Shown one piece after another: positions 37,933 through 50,879 of a stretch of 64,000 nucleotides of DNA. Made by a program: the position numbers and the translations under genes. Origin of the DNA: Octopus vulgaris. Its lineage: Eukaryota. The notes under the pieces are model-generated. The model was not told where the DNA came from, did not search any database, and saw nothing but the letters and a program-made list of their open reading frames with translations. The stretch is taken from contig OX597830.1 in NCBI GenBank assembly GCA_951406725.2, positions 59,644,001-59,708,000 on the forward strand. Reading direction: 5' to 3'. Every line of letters starts with the position of its first letter. Within the stretch, counting starts at the first letter, position 1.

Positions 37933-37948
37933 CAGACGAGACGGCGTC
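37933..37948 (-). promoter_or_regulatory. Candidate BMP-Smad1/Smad4 composite element GACGCC-GTCTC-GTCTG
   Basis: Exact match to GRCGNC(N5)GTCTG inside a CpG-rich non-repeat island (~37830-38045). Confidence 0.4.
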
Positions 37949-40900
37949 GGCCATTCTATCAGCAGTCGACCGACCGACCAACCAGACTAGACGACGAGGA
38001 GGAGGAGGAAGAAGAACGGATTAGGCGAGAGAGGGGCGGGTAAAGGAGAGAATATCTAACACGGAGGGAGAGAAAGACTAAAGAGGAGATAGGAGGAGCA
38101 GAAAGAGGCGTGTAAGATAAACCAGAGGGAAGATACAAGAGGGGAAGAAAGTATAGGAGGAAGGAGGAAGGGGAGTTAGACGCAACGAAAGAGTGAAGAA
38201 GTAATTTTGAAAGCGGTTTATACACGTAATGGAAGAGAAAAATAGATAAATGCAGAGGGAAAGGAATGGATACAGTAAAAGTGATAGCATTAGATGAAGA
38301 AGTTTATTGGGTAAAAAGGAGGATCGACAGATAAATTGAGAGGTAGATAACGGATAAAGAAATAAGAATGAAAGATACGAAACTGCGGGTGGAAGGTGAT
38401 TTATGTAGGTAGCGACAGAAGGATTAAGTTAGAAATATTAAATTGCAGACAGAAGGGTATGATTGGAAAGGGTGTAGAAAACCCAAGAAAAATGAATATG
38501 TTTGAGAAAATTATTTTACGTTATATAATTTTAATTAAATTTCCAATTAATGGTGGAAATTTCCAAGCATGTTTTCGTTGCTGAGAAAATCTGTATAACC
38601 ATAGGAATTCAGTCTAATTTTGTTTTGAAAACTAATCCAACATTGCACGTATATATGTGCAATAAGGGAAATAACTCAAGTGGGTCAATGACATGAATTT
38701 AGACTAAAAGTCAAGGGTATATGTATGAATGGCGTACGTAAGAAATGAAATGAAATTACCTCTTAGTTGGAGAAGGAAAGCTAAATTGGCAGAATTGTCA
38801 GTAAGTGCCAAAGAAAAGGGGATTAGTTTTAAGGAGAAATTTCATGTTTGCAAGAAAAAAAACCTTGTCGATTGATCGAAACAAACTCAGACTATGCTAA
38901 GCTGATGACATCAACACGCTCGAAATATATCCTTAATTATCCCCTTGCCTGACAACAGATTTTTGCAGCTATATCATTCTGCTACAGTCTAGATATATTG
39001 AACGAAATAGAATACATTATATATATACACAAATATGTAGATTATTCTTAAGAAAATTGACGGACAAGCTTTGGAAGACAATTTGTTTATAGCCACAACA
39101 TTTAGGATATTATAAATCGTTTTAAGATTTTTCTAAAGTGTCACCAACGTAGTCTTAGCAAAATAATAGTAATAGCTTACGTTTTCATAACTAAGATTGT
39201 TTAAAGCTTTTACTAGATTAGTCACAATGGAAAGTGAACCAATATGTAGCTTTTTCAAGGTGTGTTAACTTCTTGATACAATGATAAAATAGATAACAAC
39301 TCTCAAAGTAGAATAGGTGACAAGTATAATAAAGAACATGTTTCTTTCATAAGCGCTCATTTTCACCACCATCTGTGGACATTTTCACAATTTCAAGAAT
39401 CAAACACCTTAAAAAATATTATTTCATAATAATAATAATAATTTATAGTTCCCTATACACTTCCAAATATCTTTATGGTTTTCAAAATAACCTAGTAAAT
39501 TTTACGGATATGGCTAGTTCACATTAAGTTTTGTGAAATTAAAACTTAATGTCTTAAAATTATTTCCCTTCGTCTTTCAGGGTTACTAACAATGACCGCT
39601 AGATTGTCATTTTCTTTTCTTAACTAAGAGGGGAATTTTAATTAAGACTCGGATCATTCTTTAACATATTTGTATAATACCTAAGATAGTACTTGATACA
39701 TGGCGTAGAGCTAGTTGATATATCTGTATATAGAATCCTCAGTTAAAATTTGTGTGCATGTATATGGTGTCTAGCTACACATGGGCTCCACAAAGCGCAT
39801 CTTAACTCCTGTCAGCTAAGTGTTCAACGAATAATTTAAAAATTAAATGAGGCACAACTAAACGAAAAGAAAAAAAGCAAAACAATTAACAACACACCAG
39901 AGAAACGTGGATAACTATCCATCTATCCATCTATCTACCTACCTATCCATCTATCTATCTGTTTGAGAGATAGTGAAGTTTGATAAAGACGAGGGACTAT
40001 CGCCTGTAATAATGAGCTCAAGGCAAGCGGAATTCCCAGGACGAGAGATAATAAAGCATATGATAACATTTATTACACTGTTAATACCTTCGGGAAAGGC
40101 ATGAACGTTATACATTCCCCTGCCTTTCAGAAAATGAAATCAATATCACCACTATCTACATGAGTATTTCATTACTTAGAATTACTACTAGCAATGGTCC
40201 TTAGCAAAGTGCAACAGCTGGCATATAGATCAAATATGTCCCATACTGGTAGTGAACATGGTGTCAGCCTTTGGAAAATTCTACGGAGGGTGGATGTAAA
40301 TTTGCTCAGGTTTTATCATTTTTGTTTTTTATATTTATATTTCTGGCACATGCAACTAAGCCTTCGTTTGGCAAATAACTGTATTTCATCCTTTTATTTC
40401 AAGTATATATATATATATATGTGTGTATGTGTATTTACATACTTCTTTCAAGTTATATATACACACTCGGTTTCAAAAAGACTTCTCTTAGCCAAAATCC
40501 ACAAGCTCATAATTTAATCTAGACAGGAAATTGGTCTCTTTGCGTTGTCAAGCAATTTAGTTATTCAGGCACCACCATGTCAGATAATCTGGCTCTCAAT
40601 GCACAAATAAATAACAGAATTGGCAAAAACATCGGTAATCTCCGCTGTCTTATGCAGACATATACACACACCGATGATGAAACAAAACTGTGCCCCAAAG
40701 ACTCATCAGAAGCGATGTAACGAAATATAATAATATAGTGGAGGTAGTACAAAGACAAACAGTATTGCCTCCACCCCCAGGGATTGTATTCTATTGTATA
40801 TAATTTTACACAATGCAGCAGTTAGCAGCTCAGAGCGATTCGAAGTATCTGGTTGGTTATTCCGATAATTACCAACATGTTTAATGATTTTTAACATTCC

Positions 40901-41194
40901 CGCCGACTTCACTATGTAAAAAAAAACTGACCAGTCAACAGTCGAAAATTAGCAGCGAAGCTCAACGTGCGCTTCGTACTTTTGCCACCAAAAAAATTTT
41001 CTGCTTAGGAAAACTAAATATAGAATGTCATATTTATTCTGATGTAGAGTATACTTGACTTACTTTCTTCTTGACAAACGTATTAAGACTTCGTTATATC
41101 TTATATATGTATAATACTGATTATACACACACACGAGTTATTTACTACAAACTAATATAATGTCCTTGTTACACTTACAATGAAATAATCGTCT

Positions 41195-41530
41195 TCTGTA
41201 TGGTTTATAAAGTTGCTTCCCAACGATGTGGTCGTGGGTTCAGTCCCACCAACCGGCACCTTGAGCAACTATTCTCTGCTATAGTCCCTGGCCGAACAAA
41301 GCCTTTTGATGCATTCGGTAGACGGATACTGAGAGAATCCCGTCGTATGCATGTATATGACTGCGTCCGTATTTGCTCTCCAACCACTGCTTGGCAACCG
41401 GAGTTGGTATGTTTACGTCCTCGTAACTTAGTGAAGGAATAAGTACCAGGCTTTCAAAAAAAATAAGTAGTGGGATAGATTCTTCAAGGCAATGCCCCAG
41501 CATGTCTACAGTCTAACGACTAAAGCAAGT
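41195..41530 (+). mobile_element. SINE family A, old diverged copy
   Basis: TTGCTTCCCAAC...GGGTTCAGTCCCAC...GGTAGACGGATACTGAGAGAATCCCGTCGTAT. Confidence 0.7.
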
Positions 41531-42086
41531 ACTCTTCATTTCGAGCAATTAACGACAATTGTTCGAAATGAGGAGTAGATAGACAACCGACAACCGATGA
41601 AAGGTCGTTCTTTATGTTACTTGTCCTGTTTTCCATTTGTTTCTCTCGTTTTTCACATACCCAAGTTTGCCTTCGTATTTCATGCTGTTTACGTTTTGTG
41701 ACGTCCTGTATTCATATATGCACACACACACATATGTATGCATATATGTATGTAGATATATGTATGTACATATATGTATATATGTGTATGAGAGAGAAAA
41801 AACTTCACATAAATCAGTGACTTGAAATTTGGATTAAGTTAAAGAATTATAACGTACAAGATGCTGAACACATTTTATTTCTTAATTGAAATTTCCTTAT
41901 TGCTAGCGGCTTTGGTTAACAAACTTGTTTAGTAACTCTTAAAGTAAGATGGCGATGAATTTCCTAAAGTTAATTCACATAATTAGAGGAAGTAAAATTT
42001 GATCTTTTTTGCAGGCAAGAGATGCCAAAGTCGGTAAGATGTTTGAGAAAATTCGGTTAATTCCAACCACCACCAAATATATTTTA

Positions 42087-42391
42087 GGTGCAGGCGTGGC
42101 TGTGTGGTAAGTAGCTTGCTTCCCAACCACATGGCTCCAGGTTTAGTCCCACTGCATGGTATCTTGGGCAAGTGTCGCCTACTATAAGCCTCAGGCCGAC
42201 CAAAGCTTTGTGAGTGGATTTGGTAGACGGAAACTGAAAGAAGCCCGTCGTGTGTGTGTGTGTGTGGCGACAGCTTTAAAACCGGCGATCTGTTTACGTT
42301 CCTGTTAAATAGCAGTTCGGCAAAAGACCGATAGAATAAAGCTTCAAATAAAAGCACTGGGGTCGATTCACTCGACTAAAAAATTCAAGGC
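42087..42391 (+). mobile_element. SINE family A
   Basis: GGTGCAGGCGTGGCTGTGTGGTAAGTAGCTTGCTTCCCAACC...GGTAGACGGAAACTGAAAGAAGCCCGTCG. Confidence 0.82.
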
Positions 42392-42948
42392 GAAGATATT
42401 ACAAAAATTCATGAAATTTAGTAAATTTTGCTTATTTACCTGTTGCATGGCGAAGGATTTTTCAGTTTCTCGCCTATTTAGCTTGAAATATGATGACCTT
42501 GTGATTGGGTGTTTAAAAGGTCGATTTTTTTGTTCAAATGTCTGAACATATTCTAGAAAGCTTCATCGGACAGGAACAGTGTAATTTCAAACAACGATTC
42601 CGTAAAGTTTGAAAAAATTGTGGGAGGTTTCATGTTGTTTCCACTGAACTGAAAGATGTATGTTTATGGCAAAAATTCTAGATCATCTTACAAGTTTTCT
42701 AAATTCAAAATTCGAAAATTACTAAGAGAATTTTAAAATATGCAAGAACCAAGTGAACAGCTATTTTTCTTCTTTTCTTTTCTTTCTTTCTTTATTTTTT
42801 GCTATTGGTGAAAGTATTAGAAGTTCTTGGTAGCACAAATTAAGGACTATTACATTTGTATTCACTATTGATTAACATATAGATGAAGAAAACTGTTCGA
42901 ATAATTACGTCAGCCTTTTTTCCAAAAAAAAAAAAGTTGACAATTATA

Positions 42949-43345
42949 GGCGCAGGCGTGGCTGTGTAGTTAAGAAGATTGCTTCCCAACCACAAGGTTT
43001 TGGGTTCAGTCCCATCGCGTGGCGCCTTGGGCAAGTGTCTTCTACTATTGTCTCGGACCGACCAAAGCCTTGTGGGTAGATTTGGTAAACGGAAACTGAA
43101 AGAAGCCCGTCGTTTATATATATATATATACACACGTGTGTATCTGTATTCGTCCACCACCAATGCCGCTTGACAACCGGTGTTGGTGTGTTCACATCCT
43201 TGTAACTTAGCGGTTCGACAAAAGAGACCGATATAATAATACAAGGCTTAAAAAAAGTCCTGGGGTTGATTTGTTCGACTAAAACTTTTCAAGGTGGTGC
43301 CCCAGCATGGACGCAGCCAAATAACTGAAACAAGTCACAGATAAA
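42949..43345 (+). mobile_element. SINE family A, full length
   Basis: Head GGCGCAGGCGTGGCTGTG, through CCCCAGCATGGACGCAGCCAAATAACTGAAACAAGT. Confidence 0.85.
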
Positions 43346-44422
43346 ATTCTTTAACTCTTTTGGAAAAAAAATTACTGAACTGAACAAACCACTATAAATA
43401 GATTTTTCTGTTTTCCTTTCTTTTTTACGTCATGGTATCCCATTTAAAAATCTGAAGTGATAAAGCAATTGTAATGACAGGATCAAATAGTCTGACAATC
43501 ATCTGGAGTAGAAAATGCCATATCTTTTCGTACAAAGCTGGGTAGTGACATTCAGTTATGCATTATGTACGTCCTAAGTCCTGGACTTTCAACTTAATTA
43601 TTCTGATTTGTCAAGTAACCAAAACACAAAACAAAACAAAATATTATCTAAATATGCAAAATATCTACAATTTATCTAGACTGATCCCTAAAAAAATTTA
43701 ACATCAGAACTGAATTTGATGATTATCTTTTCAGCTAAGTGCTAAAAAAGACTACTAAGTTCAATGGACTATGTATTTCTAACTGTTTACTCTACCATAT
43801 GTAAATAAAAAAAAAATTTGGAGTTTCAAGCTGAGGGCTTCAGAGCTTATAGACTGCTTGCTTTCATCAAGAGTAGCATGAAAAGTATCATTGTTAATTT
43901 TATTGAGAGAGAACTAAAGATGCAGATACATCGAATGTTATCGTTAGTAATTCTTCGATTTAAAGAAAGAACTGAAAGTATCTATCCAAAATATTCCAAG
44001 AACTCATAGAATACCAAACTGTAGCAACAGTTCGCACCGTCAAGAATATTCCCTAATTAACAACTACTTCAAGCACTATGTCTACAAATGATGTCTCAAG
44101 GACAGCCGTCTGCAATTATGGCATTGGCCGTGACATATCCTCGTATTAGACAGGATAAAAATTATGAAGAATTTCAATAGAGAATGACAAAAGTTAACTT
44201 GGCAAGGGAAAAAGAATTTCAGAACCAAAGAAATACTGGTATTATATTTCTCGAGGAAAAAAAAATGTAGGTATAAACTTCGTTTCCCAATTATCTTGAA
44301 AAAACTTGCTAGCACCGCCACATTCTTCAGCCGCAAAATAAAGGCCGTTTTCAGAAATATTAAAATAAGAGATAGTTGGTACCTGCATACAGAAATACTT
44401 TATTGCAGCAGCAGCAGCAGTA

Positions 44423-44572
44423 GATTCAAATTTTGGCATAAGGCCAGCAGTTTCGAGGGGGGGAAATAAGTCGATTACATCGATAACAGTGTTCAACTGG
44501 TACTTATTTTATCGACTCCGAAGGGATTAGAATCAAAGTCGACCTCGGCGAAATTTCAACTCGGAACGTAAA
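44423..44572 (-). mobile_element. SINE family B, 5'-truncated
   Basis: AAGTCGATTACATCGA...CAACTGGTACTTATTTTATCGACTCCGAAGG...AAAGTCGACCTCGGCGAAATTT. Confidence 0.7.
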
Positions 44573-44845
44573 AATAATTTCTTTTATTAGGCGATAATGA
44601 TGATGATGATGAAGAGCATACAAATGAAGAAGAAAATCGTACAGAAATGAAAAAATGTATGTATACGTATATGTGTGGGAGCTGCAAGGTAAGAAAACTA
44701 GACAGGTGTACATCCCCACCATACATCACTTATTGTAGAGGAGAGAAAACGGTAGGTGATATACAGACATAGAAAGTGGGAGAAATAATAGTCGAGGCAA
44801 ATAGCATATACATACACACACGTGCGTTTGAATGTGTGTACATAC

Positions 44846-44881
<36 letters not shown>

Positions 44882-45776
44882 ATATATGCCTACAAAGAGA
44901 GAGGGGGAGAGAGAAACTGGTGATGAAGTGGGAAGGAGAGATAAGTGGGAACATGGACAGACATCGAAAGTTGTAGAAGATCCCAGAAACTACTGTTGCT
45001 GACAGTGACAGAGGTGATTACTACTACTGCTCCTATCATTACTACTACTACTACTACTATTACTACCGCTCTTATCACTAGTACTACTACTACTACTATT
45101 ATTATTATTATTACTACTGCTACTGCTACTACTACAACTACTACTGCTGCTGTTGCAGTACTTGCTGATATTACACACACACACACACACACACAGTGAA
45201 TGGCTTTGAACAATGACACGCTCATACAATATATATCTACACAACACTTGGGAGGGAGAGAGATGTGCCTTAGAAATGGTGAGGGAAGGTAGAATAGCGA
45301 TCACATAACAGGTAAACCGGCTTACTTAAATTTGAAAGGAGCAGAAACGTAAGAGACAGAGGGATGAGGCGGAGGCGGAGGGATGTCTAAGCATTAAAAC
45401 CCTGCACAGTATTTGACACACACACACACACACACACACACTAGATGGTATTTATTGCAAATGTAGATGCGTTATGTTGTTCAGAGGAGAGAAAAGAGAT
45501 GACAAAAGAGATGTAGAAATACCAAGTTTTGGAGATAAAAGACATTAGCGACTGAAAAGAGTAAGAAGTTTTAATAGAAAGAAGAAAACAAGAAAAATTA
45601 GAAGAAGATATGAGAGGTTGAATGGGAGACAGGTGACAATAGTCAGCTGTATGTGTGTGTGTATATATATATATATATATAAAAATAGGGTTCAGTAAAA
45701 TAATTTACTTTAACACACACCGAACTTTTTAGAAATAGCAGCCAAAATTTTTAGCTATTTCTTCTACTGTAAGAAA

Positions 45777-45849
<73 letters not shown>

Positions 45850-46959
45850 CAGACATCTCAAAAGTAGACAACCCTTTTATATATCGTATATACTTATATG
45901 TATATCCGATGAGTGTGTGTATACACACACACATGTATATGTATATTATATATATATATATATGTGCGTGTGTGTGTGTAAATATATACATATGTAGGGT
46001 ATCTGTTTTTTGTGCTGTGAATGTGTATATATGTGTGTGTTGGTGTGTACGAAAGAGTGGCTCGGAATATTAATATACATCAGAGAGAGAGTAAAGTCAG
46101 GAAAGCAAAAGTAGAAGAGGGGGGGGGGAGAGACTCGAATGCTTAGAAGAGAAAAGCGGGTTTGTAAGTGAGTAGGGGCCTAGTCTGTAGCCACATAGTG
46201 GGGTGGGTACAATTGTCGGTGTGCACGCGTGTGTAATAGAGGCGGTTTACACAACCACACACATAAAGCTATATTGAAGACCGAAGAAATATTCAGATAT
46301 TATATTTTTAAAAAATTAAGTGGATACTAAAAACGGAGAGATGAAGAAAGCTATTGTGAAAAGGGTTGGACACGAACTGTGAGAGATGTTGTAAGAGAGA
46401 GGGTTAATAAAGTCGAGGAAGATGAGAACAATCTCTACCGAGGGAGAGAGAGAGAGAGATAAGGGGAATCGTGGAAAAAATAAGAGGATGAGTGAGAAAC
46501 GATGTCTAGAAATGGTGCAGATAAATGTTTGAGAGAGAGAGAGAGAGAGATTAAATAGAGGAGGAATATGGAGGAAGAGGATATTTTCTAAAAAGTGTAG
46601 ATAAGAATAGACAACTATAAAGAAAGAGTAAAGGTGAAAGTTAGAAAGAGAGAGTAAGTATTGGTAGGAATGGAGAGAGAGAAGGAGACTTGTATATATA
46701 AATAACTAATAGATGACAGTTGAGTAGTAAAGGGAGAGGTGAGCCACAAAGGAAGTAGCAGTTTGGTGCGCTGGAGAGAGGGAGAGGGGGGTAATTAAGG
46801 TCACTGCTGGTTTATTTGGTAGATGTTATATCATAACCAACACACACACACACACACACAGAGCAGGAGCGAGTAAGGTGCGTGTGTGCATGTAAGTGGT
46901 ACGAATACACACACGTGCATATATATATATATATATGTGTACTATATGTGTGTGCGTGT

Positions 46960-47236
46960 GTTGGTGAAGCATCGAGCTTACAATCGTGAGGTTGAGTTCG
47001 ATTCCTTGACCGGGCTTTGTTGTGTCTTGAGCAAGACACTTTATTTGTACATTATTCCAATTCGGTTAGCTGTATCGGCCTTTGCCTTTCCCTTGGACAA
47101 CATCAATGGCGTGAAGAGGGGGAGATCGATATGCATGAGTGACTGCTGGCCTTTCACAAAACGAACCCGGAGTTGGGCTGCGGAGGGGAACTTTCTAGAT
47201 AACATGGTCATTTATCACCGAAGGAAGTTTTTACCT
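46960..47236 (+). mobile_element. SINE family D, diverged
   Basis: GAGTTCGATTCC (B box)...TGTCTTGAGCAAGACACTTTATTT...GGGGAACTTTCTAG. Confidence 0.7.
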
Positions 47237-47259
47237 TTTATACACACACACACACATTG

Positions 47260-47764
47260 TTTTATTCTTTTACCAGTCTTAGTCATTCAACTGCGGTCAT
47301 GCTGGAGCACCGCCTTTAGTCGAACAAATCGGTACCATTTGTCGAACCGGTAAGTTACACACCAACATCGGTTGCGACGACGACGGTTCAGCCTGCACAT
47401 GAAATTAACGTGCAAGTGGCTGAGTACTCCACAGATACGTGTACCCTTAATGTAGTTCTCGGGGAGATTCAGCTAGACACAGACTGGCCCTTTGAATTAC
47501 AGATACAACAAAAACAGGAAGAAAGAGTGAGAGAAAGATGTAATGAATGGGAATCGAAACCGCGATCCTACGACTGCGAGTCCGCTGTCCTAACTACTGG
47601 ACCCTTGCGCCTCCACACAGACGCACAAATATATATATATATATATATATATAAGACGGGCTTCTTTCAGTTTCCGTTTACCAAATCCACTCAGAAAGCC
47701 GAAGACTTAGAATCCGGAACCATGTGGTGGGGAAGCAAGCTTCTTACCACACCACTCCAGCGTC
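47260..47764 (-). mobile_element. Nested SINEs: family A split (47655-47764 and 47260-47375) by a family C element (47380-47615)
   Basis: Family A head and tail pieces flank a segment ending in the tRNA-like head ...GAGTCCGCTGTCCTAACTACTGGACCCTTGCGCCTCCAC. Confidence 0.65.
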
Positions 47765-47796
47765 TATATATATATTTATATATACACACACATACA

Positions 47797-47846
<50 letters not shown>

Positions 47847-48090
47847 GTGTGTGTGTGTAATAGTATAGAGAGGGAGCGAAGTAGACATACTGAAGACAAG
47901 TTGTACTTGAAATACAGACACACAGCTGGCTGGTGTATCAAATATTAGAGATATGTAGACAGCCAGACTTTCTCCATCCTGTCTGTCTCTCTCAACCACA
48001 CAATGAGAGAAAGATATAATACTAGCCATGCAATGCGTGTGCGCAATGTAATTGTGTATATTTATATATATAAATGTGACTGTGTGCGTG

Positions 48091-48163
<73 letters not shown>

Positions 48164-48195
48164 ATACACATGTGTATAACATATATAAACATATA

Positions 48196-48556
48196 GGCGG
48201 AGTTGCTGTGAGGTAAGCAGCTTGCTTACCAACTACATGGTTCCGGGTTCAGTCCTATTGCGTGGGTACCTTGGGCAAGTGTCTTCTACTATAGCCTCGA
48301 GCCAATCAAAGCTTTGTGAATGGATTTGTTAAACGGAAACTGAAAGAAGCCCATATATGTATGTTTATGTTTGTGTGTCTATGTTTGTTCACCCAACATC
48401 GGTTGTCAAGCAATGCTGGTGTGTTTACGTCCCCGTAACTTAGCGGTTCGGCAAAAGAACCGATAGAATAAGTACTAGGCTTACAAAGAATAAGTCCTGG
48501 GGTCGATTTGCTTGACCAAAGTCGGTGCTCCCGCATGGCCGCAGTCAAATGACTGA

Positions 48557-48561
<5 letters not shown>
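48196..48561 (+). mobile_element. SINE family A between (TA)n tracts
   Basis: CATGGTTCCGGGTTCAGTCC...GATAGAATAAGTACTAGGCTTACAAAGAATAAGTCCTGGGGTCGA. Confidence 0.85.
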
Positions 48562-48617
<56 letters not shown>

Positions 48618-48714
48618 CCGTTCAGCAAGATTGGAGACCACGTTTTCGAAACTTTGTTACAGCACCGTTGCAACCAACATATAACATATATATATATATA
48701 TATATATAACATTA

Positions 48715-48766
<52 letters not shown>

Positions 48767-50157
48767 TATTGGTAGCCTTTCATTTTCTCTTTTAGAAATC
48801 AGATTTATTTTGGTGGGAATACATGTTATAGCTTCTTTCATTTCCAATCAGTGAAAAGGAAGTTTCTAAATAGACAAAAACCAGAGAAGTCTACTACACT
48901 CGTTATCAAGAAACCTAAGCATGAATTTTAATCCTCATGACCTTGCACTAAATACAAATTTTAAAATACTACGTGTACCGTAACACGAAATCAGTGTATT
49001 TGAATTTGGAATTACTAAGCCTGCATCTACAATCTCATAGTCTTCTATAATACATCTAAGAATGCATCGCTGTAGCAGATACCGACACAACTATTTGATA
49101 AATATTTCAACCCCTGAAGGATGAAAATCGAAGTTGACCTCGGCAGGATTTGAACTAAGAACGCTCTGAGAACGAGTCTACCAATTCACCCGAAGTTCCT
49201 TGTGCTTTTCCATTGAATATGCTAGCTACCCATTTTCATTATCTTTCCTAATCTTGAAATTGCATTTTACTTTATTTTTCTTTTTAAATCGCGAATAATT
49301 TCTCTAAAAATTGATTAAATTGTATAATTTAGTAAAAATGGACGTAAGGAAAATAAAATTACTTTTTAAATTTAATACGTAGAGCGAGACCCGCCTTGAA
49401 ATTGCTAACACTCGATTGCCAGACCTCTAAAAGTGGTGATGGTGGTGGTGTATGGCACAAACACTAGAGTGGTGGAATGGGGTGAATGCTACCCAGCTGT
49501 ATTTAACTTCTAAAACCTATAAAGTCATTGAAATATGTACCAATTATGCACTGGAATAGATGTAATCGACTTCTGGGGTCCTGTGTGTTATACGTGGTAG
49601 AGAGTGTGAAAGGGTTGAATCTAAAAGCTTAGACAAAAAGAAAAAACAGAAAAAGATACATTCAGTTTTCATAGCTTCGTTTGTGTGTTTGAGAAAAAGC
49701 ACCGCTTTCTCGCCATGACACACACATAGAAATAAATAAATAAATAAATAAATAAATAAAGATAGATAGATAGATTTGTAGCATTGTTAACGTAAAGAAT
49801 TAATAAACGGAGGAATACTGTATTATTACACACTCACACACAGAGTTTGTGTCGACTAACACGTGTAGCATACGTTGTGTGAGGAGCGAATGTTAAATAT
49901 TATATACACACGTGTGCTCAACCTGTGCTTTATATACGCATACATTCACGCGCGCGCGCTTACTCGACCGACTGATGTAACAGCATTTCGCTAGCTTTAA
50001 GGAAACGTAATAGAAAGGTGAGGGAAAAAAACCCGGCGGGTTGCTCTGGTGATTGACCCACCCCTCCCACCGTCACTTTGTGTGTGTGTGTATATCTGCA
50101 AGAATGCATATCGTTTACATTTTATTTAGAGTTCTTTTAGTCCACATGCTGCGCGTA

Positions 50158-50190
<33 letters not shown>

Positions 50191-50594
50191 GGCGGCGATA
50201 TGGCAGAACCGTTAACACGCCCGACGAAATGCTTAGCGGCATTTCTGTCCATCTTTACGTTCTGAGTTCAAATTCCGCCAAGGTCGACTTTGCCTTTCAT
50301 TCTTTCTGGATTGATAAAATAAGTATCAGTTAAATTCTGGGGTTAATGTATTCGAGTCATCCCCTCTCCCGAAATTACAGCCAGAATCGTTAGCAAGCCG
50401 GACAAAATGCTTAGCGGTATTTCGTCCGGCTTTACGTTCTGAGTTCAAATTACACAGAAATCGACTTTGCTTTTCATCCTTTCGGGGCCGATAAAGTGAG
50501 TATCAGTAAAATTCTGGGGTCGATGTAATCGACTCGTCCCCTCCTCACAAATTTCAGGCTTTGTGCTTTTAGTTGAAAGAATTATTATTATTAT

Positions 50595-50626
<32 letters not shown>

Positions 50627-50785
50627 TAATACGGCGAGCTGGCAAAATGCTTAGCGGCATTTCCGCTGTCTACGTTGTGAGTTCAAATTCCACCGAGGTA
50701 GACTTCGCCTTTAATCCCTTCGGAATTTATAAAAATAAGTACTAGTTGAGCACTGGGGTCGATGTAATTGATTCATCTCCCCTAA
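50191..50785 (+). mobile_element. Three head-to-tail copies of SINE family B
   Basis: AAATGCTTAGCGG(C/T)ATTT...GAGTTCAAATT...GACTT(T/C)GC recurs at ~50227, ~50405 and ~50645. Confidence 0.85.
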
Positions 50786-50879
50786 GCTGCCCCTGTGGCC
50801 TTCGTCATCTACATAGACATCACAGCAAACTGGCTGTAACCGAACAACGCAACAACTATTTTATTTTTATTATTCACTA

